Shown here in pieces: positions 36,656 through 42,946 of a DNA stretch of 42,946 nucleotides. The notes below the pieces were generated by a model. The model saw nothing but the letters and a program-made list of their open reading frames with translations, did not search any database and was not told the origin of the DNA. The position numbers were made by a program, and so were the translations under genes. Origin of the DNA: a virus; UHGV virus genome UHGV-1445076. One strand, 5' to 3'. Position 1 is the first letter of the stretch. The number at the start of each line of letters is the position of its first letter.

Positions 36656-36912
36656 TGCTGACCTCCTTTCTTCAAATCATTCAAAGCCTTGTCATTGCAG
36701 CTTTTACAAAACAATTTATTGAGAGTTCCTTTTAGCATGACTAAATAGACATCATCGTCATCCTTGAACTTGCGGTTGCAATTAAAACAAAGCCTTTGAA
36801 CATAAAGCCCTATACTTTCTCTCGACTTGCGGAACTGCCAGAATTTCAAGAATGGCTTATCAACAGCGTTTAGTACCTCGTATTCACGTTTGGTGATTTT
36901 CACTACTTTCAT
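36652..36912 (-). CDS. small zinc-ribbon protein (86 aa)
   Basis: CFNC...CKSC pairs; ATGA overlaps on both sides. Confidence 0.35.
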   Translation of the reverse strand: MKVVKITKREYEVLNAVDKPFLKFWQFRKSRESIGLYVQRLCFNCNRKFKDDDDVYLVMLKGTLNKLFCKSCNDKALNDLKKGGQQ

Positions 36913-37283
36913 TTTATACCTCCTTTCAGTAGCTCTGGGTTGTCGTGGATGTTGCCGATTATCGTTGCTTTATCGGTAGGAAGGAAGCCTAATCTTTCAA
37001 TACCTCCGATAAAAGAGCATTCAGAATCACTATATTCCACATCCACAATATCTCCGTCTGGAAATTGAATAATATCCCCTTCGTAAATCTCCTTCCCCTT
37101 TTTATCATACAAGCCTGTGAACTGGCTTACGGTGGAGGGGGCGATTTCTCGTTTCCACACGGCATTAGAGCTGTCGCTCTTTTCGAGAATGTTGCAGTCT
37201 CCGTCCGCCCATATTAAAAGCGAACCATAGCACCACTCATCGTTTGCAAGGCGTTTGCCTCTGAACTTGATTGCTCGTTTCAT
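36909..37283 (-). CDS. YopX family protein
   Basis: C-terminal IIGNIHDNPELL matches the characteristic YopX signature (GNI..NPELL); 124 aa, typical for the family. Confidence 0.6.
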   Translation of the reverse strand: MKRAIKFRGKRLANDEWCYGSLLIWADGDCNILEKSDSSNAVWKREIAPSTVSQFTGLYDKKGKEIYEGDIIQFPDGDIVDVEYSDSECSFIGGIERLGFLPTDKATIIGNIHDNPELLKGGIK

Positions 37284-37591
37284 GACCGCACCTCCTTTCC
37301 GTCGGACAGAAGGTCGTCAAGATAGGCGAACTTGTCAACCTCTCCCCATAATCGTTCAAACGACAGGTCGCGCAGGTCTTTGTAGACAGCGGCATTCCCG
37401 TTCTTGAATAAGACGAGTGTCTTGCGCTTAGGTTGGCAAGATACAGTGCCGTTGTGCCACACGGCGTTGATGCGCCAGTTGGCACCATCTATAAACCCAT
37501 GTTCATAATACGGCACGTATTTTGGATTGAAGATGCTGTTGTCAATAACACAACTTTCTGTTGCCGCCTTTTCAATCTGTTCTCTTGTCAT
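37280..37591 (-). CDS. hypothetical protein (103 aa)
   Basis: ATG ORF, coupled to yopX by a 4-nt overlap. Confidence 0.4.
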   Translation of the reverse strand: MTREQIEKAATESCVIDNSIFNPKYVPYYEHGFIDGANWRINAVWHNGTVSCQPKRKTLVLFKNGNAAVYKDLRDLSFERLWGEVDKFAYLDDLLSDGKEVRS

Positions 37592-37624
37592 ATCTTATTT
37601 GTATTAATATTCTTTCCCTCCATT

Positions 37625-37789
37625 TTATCTTGTGATTTTAGAGGAAATTTTCCTTGTATTTCCTTTGTTTTCCTTTGCCAAACACTCATTGCCACATCTT
37701 CTGCCCACGTCGTACTTATCGCACCATCCGTCTCCGTAGAAGCCTTCGTTAATGAAGTGGATACATGAGCCGCAGTGTCTTGCTTTCAT
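37625..37789 (-). CDS. small Cys-rich ORF (54 aa), coupled to the PP-loop gene
   Basis: ATG at 37789-37787 overlaps the stop of the upstream gene (ATGA); translation MKARHCGSCIHF...GWCDKYDVGRRCGNECL, TAA at 37627-37625. Below the ORF-track size cut-off. Confidence 0.25.
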   Translation of the reverse strand: MKARHCGSCIHFINEGFYGDGWCDKYDVGRRCGNECLAKENKGNTRKISSKITR

Positions 37790-38703
37790 TTTTCGTCGTC
37801 TTTAAATTCAAATTTCTGTTGCAGGAACTCGTCAGCGTAGAACTGCTTGTAGCTCTTGTCGCTTATCCACCACCTAAAGCCTGTTTCAGCGTCGTTGAAA
37901 TTGTGGTCGATATATCCGTTGTCTATCAGCCATTGGATTGTCTTTATCCAATTGCGTTTGACGTGCGGCCAGCGTTTAGCATCTTCCTTCTTTATCCGTG
38001 CGTTCGACATAGGGCAACAGATGCAGCCAATGCGTGTATAACCCTCGTCGTAGAGTTCGCAGTGTGGTATGCCGTTCATGTTAAGGAACTCCCACACGTC
38101 GCGCTCCGTCCAATAGATTATGGGCGATACAAGGATTTTGTCCTTACCGCCGACACACGCAACCATGCTCTCCTCATGTTCGCTCCATTGGTCAAAGGTT
38201 TCCTCATTGCGCTTGCCCTTTATCTCTGTGGATATTTCCTCACGTTTTGCACGCCGTGCGCTTTCTTCTTTTCTCACACCGATAAGTGTCACCTTGCCAA
38301 CGCCTGACGTTTCCTTGAACTCGGCACAACACCAACGCAAAGTCCTTGTCGGCAAGATGTGCTTTTTCTTCGCCATTTCGTAAATGCTCATCCGTGGTTT
38401 GATTAGCTCCACATCGGGGTATTGCGTCTTGACGAAGCGGATGACTTCGGGCGGGTCTATGCTCGTAAGGTTCATGTGAGCCTTGAAGCGGACACCGGCC
38501 AGCTTTGCGACATGGTAGAGGCATTGGCTGTCCTTGCCGCCACTGAACGCAAGGTAAAAGCCGTTTTCGGGGTCGAGGCGCAACGCCATTTTCTCCGACT
38601 TCCGCAAAAGTTCGACGGAGTGTTCCAGCTTCCTTGCAAGCGGACGGCTTACCTTTGACATTACGGTGTCGTGGTCAAGCAGTATTATTTCACACGCTTT
38701 CAT
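37786..38703 (-). CDS. PP-loop ATP pyrophosphatase, PAPS-reductase-like (CysH/DndC-like) protein
   Basis: YLAFSGGKDSQCL carries the SGGxDS PP-loop motif; C-terminal Cys cluster RIGCICCPMS; 305 aa. Confidence 0.65.
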   Translation of the reverse strand: MKACEIILLDHDTVMSKVSRPLARKLEHSVELLRKSEKMALRLDPENGFYLAFSGGKDSQCLYHVAKLAGVRFKAHMNLTSIDPPEVIRFVKTQYPDVELIKPRMSIYEMAKKKHILPTRTLRWCCAEFKETSGVGKVTLIGVRKEESARRAKREEISTEIKGKRNEETFDQWSEHEESMVACVGGKDKILVSPIIYWTERDVWEFLNMNGIPHCELYDEGYTRIGCICCPMSNARIKKEDAKRWPHVKRNWIKTIQWLIDNGYIDHNFNDAETGFRWWISDKSYKQFYADEFLQQKFEFKDDEK

Positions 38704-38828
38704 TTTGCCTTGTCTTTAAGTTTGAATATAAATTCCATCAGTTGTTTGTTCTGCTGGCGGTACCTGTCAACCTCGGCTTGCAGGAAGTCAATCTCGTTGT
38801 GGTACGCCTCACGCTCAAAGTCAGTCAT
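38700..38828 (-). CDS. small helical ORF (42 aa), coupled to the PP-loop gene
   Basis: Hand translation MTDFEREAYHNEIDFLQAEVDRYRQQNKQLMEFIFKLKDKAK; its TGA overlaps the ATG of the downstream gene. Confidence 0.25.
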   Translation of the reverse strand: MTDFEREAYHNEIDFLQAEVDRYRQQNKQLMEFIFKLKDKAK

Positions 38829-38834
38829 CGTTCA

Positions 38835-38981
38835 CTAATCGTCTACAATGGCTTTTGCTAAACCGAAGAGAAGGATATATATTCCTAACATGAGCAGTAC
38901 CCATGGGAAACTTGTCAACATCCATATAGAGGCTGCCACGCAAAGTGCACCGGCATGGATGATTAGTTCAGTTCTGTTCAT
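38835..38981 (-). CDS. small two-helix membrane ORF (48 aa), coupled to the radical SAM gene
   Basis: Hand translation MNRTELIIHAGALCVAASIWMLTSFPWVLLMLGIYILLFGLAKAIVDD; ATG overlaps the radical SAM stop (ATGA). Confidence 0.25.
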   Translation of the reverse strand: MNRTELIIHAGALCVAASIWMLTSFPWVLLMLGIYILLFGLAKAIVDD

Positions 38982-39883
38982 TGCTTCATATTTTTAAGTT
39001 TGTAACTATTCTCATTAAGCCACTTTTGGAAATACCATAACTGACCGCATCCGCCACCTATATCGTCTTGCCCTGCCGGGTTAAATACTCTCGTATTAAA
39101 ACCTACGTCATTCATCTTTGAATTAAAGTCACGGATTAAGTCAAGTTGTCGCTGTATTGATGAATGTACACTTTCATCCTTTTCGCAAATAACAGACAAA
39201 GTGACCTCCCATATATCAGGGTTAAATAATTCAGAGAGCCTCATAGCATCTTCCATATCATTATTCCCGACATGTACGCAATAATTAAAGAAAGGCTTTC
39301 TTCCGACATAAGAAGCCCAAAACTCACCCGTAGAAGCTATTTGCCGAAGTGTTGACGTATTCGTTGCTATAAGTTTCTTCCTTTTTTCATCTGTACTTTC
39401 ATGTACTGAAAATTGAAGACCTACTTTATCTATTTCTTTCGATAGTGCAATAAAATCAGACATGTATAAATACATCATGTGAGGGGCAGAAGTGCTTACA
39501 AGAAGTTGTGCGTTTGGATATTTCACATGTAGACTTTCTATTGCAGGCTGCAATGCCGAGTAGTTGTAAAAAGGCTCTCCCATGCTCATAAACATAATTT
39601 GGAACTTTTTAATGTCATCAGTGCGGCAATCAATAGTAGATAATGCCCCATCAATCTGTTGTATTATTTCGTCAGTAGAAAGATTTCTGACAAAAAATTT
39701 GCCTGTTCCGCAGAAAGAACATCCAACTGGACAACCGCTTTGAACCGAACAACATATAACTGTCCTTTTTTTGTATTCTCCATATCTATAAAGAACAGTT
39801 TCAGCAATAGCATTTGGCTTGTCCCACTCAAACACGAATTTCTTTACATTCGTATCACTTGATTCAAATACTTTTGTTTTCAT
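38978..39883 (-). CDS. radical SAM enzyme, RlmN/Cfr-like minimal form (301 aa)
   Basis: CCSVQSGCPVGCSFCGTG carries Cys51-X3-Cys55-X2-Cys58 in the S-Q-x-G-C-xxx-C-x-F-C-x-T pattern of RlmN/Cfr; MSMGEP motif; C-terminal GGGCGQL resembles the second mechanistic cysteine motif of RlmN. Confidence 0.65.
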   Translation of the reverse strand: MKTKVFESSDTNVKKFVFEWDKPNAIAETVLYRYGEYKKRTVICCSVQSGCPVGCSFCGTGKFFVRNLSTDEIIQQIDGALSTIDCRTDDIKKFQIMFMSMGEPFYNYSALQPAIESLHVKYPNAQLLVSTSAPHMMYLYMSDFIALSKEIDKVGLQFSVHESTDEKRKKLIATNTSTLRQIASTGEFWASYVGRKPFFNYCVHVGNNDMEDAMRLSELFNPDIWEVTLSVICEKDESVHSSIQRQLDLIRDFNSKMNDVGFNTRVFNPAGQDDIGGGCGQLWYFQKWLNENSYKLKNMKQ

Positions 39884-40089
39884 TTGCCGTATGTTTTTGT
39901 TTTCTTGGGTTTGTAACTATCGGTTTCTTCGTCCCACTCCACGCAGTCGGGGCAGTAGAGTTTGCCGTCGATTTCTTCCCAATCGCACATCTTCGCCATA
40001 TACCTTGCCATACCTTCACTAAATTCATAGCCATGCTTACTTCCGCACCCGTCGCACACGGCTTGGTACATCGTCACTTTCTGTTTCAT
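39880..40089 (-). CDS. small zinc-ribbon protein (69 aa)
   Basis: CDGCGS...CPDC paired CxxC motifs; its stop overlaps the radical SAM start by 4 nt. Confidence 0.4.
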   Translation of the reverse strand: MKQKVTMYQAVCDGCGSKHGYEFSEGMARYMAKMCDWEEIDGKLYCPDCVEWDEETDSYKPKKTKTYGK

Positions 40090-40091
40090 AA

Positions 40092-40373
40092 TCAGTAATA
40101 TCTTATTACATCTTGATTCATTAAAGCTTTCATAAAAGACTCCTTTTCTTCATCTGTGGCTTTCCTTACATTCGCACCCCAACAGAAGTTTCCCCATCCC
40201 GTACTTTTCTTGATTATACCGTCATTCCATCCAATCAAAATGCCGTATCCGTCACCATCTACATATCCGTTATGGATGAATACCCTTTGATTTTCGGGGT
40301 GGTATTTCGCAGATTCTTCATTTGTTGGAATTCCATATAGGAACTCACCCACGTTATATTCACTTCTTTTCAT
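40092..40373 (-). CDS. hypothetical protein (93 aa)
   Basis: ATG ORF, 4-nt overlap with the upstream gene. Confidence 0.4.
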   Translation of the reverse strand: MKRSEYNVGEFLYGIPTNEESAKYHPENQRVFIHNGYVDGDGYGILIGWNDGIIKKSTGWGNFCWGANVRKATDEEKESFMKALMNQDVIRYY

Positions 40374-40576
40374 ATCTTTACATATTGGCTACACGCCTGT
40401 TGGTTGCACTTAACTTTCTGTAAACAATTGAACGTGCGGTTACTCTTGCGCACACGGCAGTAGGATATTACTTTGCTTCCACATTCCCACCGCTGGCGGT
40501 GAATACAAGTGCGGCACGTTTCTAAGGTTGATTCTTGCGGCTGAATGGTGTCAGCATTGCTAAATAAATCACTCAT
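40370..40576 (-). CDS. small Cys-rich protein (68 aa)
   Basis: CRTC...C...C...C pattern, ATGA overlaps on both sides. Confidence 0.35.
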   Translation of the reverse strand: MSDLFSNADTIQPQESTLETCRTCIHRQRWECGSKVISYCRVRKSNRTFNCLQKVKCNQQACSQYVKI

Positions 40577-41394
40577 AGCAGATCCTTTGCTTCTTCAATC
40601 AGGTCACCAAATGTGTCTAAGAACTGGTCGCGGACTTCGGGGGTGGGGAAAGCCAATATCCGGCTCACCGTCCAATAAGAGTTCTTTTCTTTCTTATTTG
40701 CTTTGTAACTAATGCAATATTTCATTTTATCATCCGTCCAATACGGCTTCCACCCCAATTGCTTCCACCAGGCGTTGCGGCAGACGAGAAGCTGGCAGAG
40801 GGCGAGCATGGGCTTGCCGAGACCTTGCGGCAACATGTTTCTGTCGCTATCACCAAACAGACGTCCGTCATCGGACAATTCGCTTATACTGCATTTATAA
40901 ACTTCGCTATCTTCTTCTATCAATTCCACGTCATTGATGCTACACAGGCATTTCAGCCACGTCTTGGGCAACCCTTTCTTCTTCTCTTTCAGCACGATGT
41001 TGCCTCGTTCGTCCAGGTGGTCGAACTCCCAGCCGTCGGGGACTGTAATTGTCTTTTCGTTTGTTTCCATATCTTCTTTGTTTTGTTGTTTAACTTCGAT
41101 GTCTACGGTGTTGTTGACTGCGTTGTAGTATGCGAACGGTTCTTTGGACAGGACAACAGGGAATTTCACTCCTGCATACCGCTGCACAATGTGGTCGTAA
41201 AGAGGGTAAGGGTCGCCGACGGGTTCGAGCTTCTTGCATTTCGCTTTCACCCAACAATCTCTATTTCCATAGAAACTTGCACAATTTAAATCTTTAAATG
41301 ATGCACAATCTTTGCAATAATCATACATATCATCTTTCACGCACTGGTACCACTCTCCGTTGTGCTCAAATATCTCTCCTATCTTCCGTTCCAT
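40573..41394 (-). CDS. hypothetical protein with Cys-rich N-terminus (273 aa)
   Basis: ATG ORF; N-terminal CKDC...C...C cluster. Confidence 0.4.
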   Translation of the reverse strand: MERKIGEIFEHNGEWYQCVKDDMYDYCKDCASFKDLNCASFYGNRDCWVKAKCKKLEPVGDPYPLYDHIVQRYAGVKFPVVLSKEPFAYYNAVNNTVDIEVKQQNKEDMETNEKTITVPDGWEFDHLDERGNIVLKEKKKGLPKTWLKCLCSINDVELIEEDSEVYKCSISELSDDGRLFGDSDRNMLPQGLGKPMLALCQLLVCRNAWWKQLGWKPYWTDDKMKYCISYKANKKEKNSYWTVSRILAFPTPEVRDQFLDTFGDLIEEAKDLL

Positions 41395-41396
41395 AG

Positions 41397-41951
41397 CTAT
41401 TCTTGTTCTTGTTCGTTGTTTTCTTGCTTGTCATCTTCCTCTTCCTCATTGTCGGACATGAAGTAGGCCACGTCGTCAAAGGGGATGTTCTTGCGCTCCT
41501 TTTCGATTTTCACCGCCAAAACATTTTTGAGGATGAAGTCTTTGAGGTCGGTGTAGTCGGAGGGGATGTAGCCGTTTTCCAAAATACGGATGTAAGCGTC
41601 GTCAATGTACTTGTCGATGTCGATGCGCGGGTGTTCCTCGGCAAGCTCTTTCTTGGCTCGGATAAGGCCGAGCAGGAGGGCATTCTTCTTTGCGCGGTAA
41701 GCCTTGTTCTTGGATATGTAGCGTATGTCTGCTATCTCGCGGTGCGACTCGATGGCGCACTCTATCCTCGCCTCGGATATGGCGCATTTGACACCGCTCT
41801 TCTTTTGGAGGTAATAGTGCCAAATTCCCCTGTCCTTATGCAGGCTTCGGGTGAGCAGCCTCGCACAGGCTATCCGTCCGTTGTGGAAGCGGACGAACAG
41901 GTGGTGAGGAAAGTCGCTGTCCGTGAAGACTTGTGCCTTTAATTGTTTCAT
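41397..41951 (-). CDS. hypothetical protein with acidic C-terminal tail (184 aa)
   Basis: ATG ORF; C-terminus DNEEEEDDKQENNEQEQE. Confidence 0.4.
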   Translation of the reverse strand: MKQLKAQVFTDSDFPHHLFVRFHNGRIACARLLTRSLHKDRGIWHYYLQKKSGVKCAISEARIECAIESHREIADIRYISKNKAYRAKKNALLLGLIRAKKELAEEHPRIDIDKYIDDAYIRILENGYIPSDYTDLKDFILKNVLAVKIEKERKNIPFDDVAYFMSDNEEEEDDKQENNEQEQE

Positions 41952-41953
41952 AG

Positions 41954-42385
41954 CTATTCTGCCTTTGAGTTTTTGAAAATGTCACGTATCTGCCCGGCTA
42001 CCTTTTCGGCTGCCTCACGGGTGCGGAAGTAGTTGCCTACGTCATGCAACACCATGTCAGACCGTTCTCCATAGTCCTTATATTGGAGGGTTGTAAAGTC
42101 ATTGTTCACAATGTAATACAGACCACCTTTCTCCGCCCTCCACCTCGGCAAGTCCTCGATGCACTTCTTCTCGGCGTTCCACCGCTTGCCCTGTTTGGCG
42201 AGAGCGTCGAAGAGGCGTCGCTTCTCTGCTTCGGTGGCGGGGTGGTAATAGTCGGTATACCCCCAACCTTCCTCACTGAAAACCGTTTGAAGACGTTGCC
42301 CGTGAAGTGCTGCGTAAGTCATAATGCCTCCAATCTTATTAGTCCCGGCATAGATGGCGATTGTATCCATACCGTTAAATTTCAC
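41954..42385 (-). CDS. hypothetical protein
   Basis: Track ORF starts at GTG 42385; first ATG at 42370 (MDTIAIY). Confidence 0.35.
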   Translation of the reverse strand: MKFNGMDTIAIYAGTNKIGGIMTYAALHGQRLQTVFSEEGWGYTDYYHPATEAEKRRLFDALAKQGKRWNAEKKCIEDLPRWRAEKGGLYYIVNNDFTTLQYKDYGERSDMVLHDVGNYFRTREAAEKVAGQIRDIFKNSKAE

Positions 42386-42509
42386 CGTCTTTCGGCATGT
42401 AGCTCTTTACCAATCCAACGGTGACATTGAGTGTACCGTTGTCAACTTTAGCGTCAATTGTTCCCACTCTCGCGCCTTTCGGCAGCGTAATCCTGTATGT
42501 CTTTTTCAT
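42375..42509 (-). CDS. small ORF (44 aa); doubtful
   Basis: Hand translation MKKTYRITLPKGARVGTIDAKVDNGTLNVTVGLVKSYMPKDGEI; no clear ribosome-binding site. Confidence 0.2.
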   Translation of the reverse strand: MKKTYRITLPKGARVGTIDAKVDNGTLNVTVGLVKSYMPKDGEI

Positions 42510-42536
42510 TTTCACTATTCTTTTAATTTACATTAA

Positions 42537-42674
42537 CTAACTATCCCTACCCCACTTCCACGCGGATATAAGGGCTCGGTAGACCATCTGCTTCTCATCC
42601 CTGTCGCAGAAGTCGAACGATGCCGCCAGCTTAACGAGCCACAAGGAAGACGATGGGTGTGCTGTCTGTGTCAT
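42537..42674 (-). CDS. small ORF (45 aa)
   Basis: ATG at 42674-42672 preceded by GGAGG at ~9-nt spacing; translation MTQTAHPSSSLWLVKLAASFDFCDRDEKQMVYRALISAWKWGRDS. Confidence 0.25.
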   Translation of the reverse strand: MTQTAHPSSSLWLVKLAASFDFCDRDEKQMVYRALISAWKWGRDS

Positions 42675-42679
42675 GTCAA

Positions 42680-42946
42680 TCAGTCCTCCCTCACTTCTAT
42701 AGGCTCACCGTCAACTAACTTATACCAAGTGTCGGACTTTATTGTCTCTCCGTCTACCTTGAATGCCTTGACATCCTTTATAGGATACGTTTCTCCGTTC
42801 CAACTGTCACGTTCCGTAAGGACTATCCAGCAGCCGAGAGCACCTTTCGCCTTGCTGCCCTTGCCTGTCACTATGGCAACAGAATCCTTACCATCAACAC
42901 TTGCGGCGGAGCAGTCGCCCGTGTTGGTGGCGGCTGACCTGTAGCC
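42680..42946 (-). CDS. hypothetical protein, C-terminal fragment (start lies beyond the window end)
   Basis: Minus-strand frame is open from the window edge (42946) to the stop at 42680; the GTG start given in the track is internal. Confidence 0.3.
   Translation of the reverse strand, partial: GYRSAATNTGDCSAASVDGKDSVAIVTGKGSKAKGALGCWIVLTERDSWNGETYPIKDVKAFKVDGETIKSDTWYKLVDGEPIEVRED

Noticed and set aside
1-42946. Prophage boundaries, integrase and attachment sites
   Set aside because: No tyrosine or serine recombinase-like ORF and no tRNA gene or terminal direct repeat was recognised; both window edges cut through genes, so boundaries cannot be called.
1-42946. CRISPR arrays
   Set aside because: No regularly spaced direct repeats with unique spacers were seen; the short tandem repeats found are in-frame coding repeats.

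Overview
This window reads as a contiguous segment of a tailed dsDNA phage or prophage (Caudoviricetes); all calls are by-eye motif reading of the supplied ORF translations and sequence, with no homology search run. Layout: 1-2135 (+) is the tail of a DNA-metabolism block (N6-adenine methyltransferase fragment, RuvC-like resolvase). 2240-17408 (-) is a morphogenesis operon: scaffold-like protein, putative capsid proteins, connector-sized ORFs, putative major tail protein, an overlapping chaperone pair, a 1915-aa tape measure protein and distal GC-rich genes. 17409-17555 is a divergent control region containing a perfect 18-bp palindrome. 17556-32210 (+) holds the large terminase, a putative portal, two giant virion proteins, tail-fibre genes with collagen-like and QPKGDY repeats, and a lysis cassette ending in an amidase endolysin. 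32394-34723 (+) is an accessory cassette including a fused HTH/ImmA-IrrE metallopeptidase. 34726-42946 (-) is a tightly packed, translationally coupled early operon with YopX, a MazG-like protein, a PAPS-reductase-like PP-loop ATPase and a minimal RlmN/Cfr-like radical SAM enzyme. The most interesting candidate is that radical-SAM plus PP-loop pair, a possible nucleic-acid modification module. No integrase, rRNA or CRISPR array was recognised; tRNAs were not systematically searched for.
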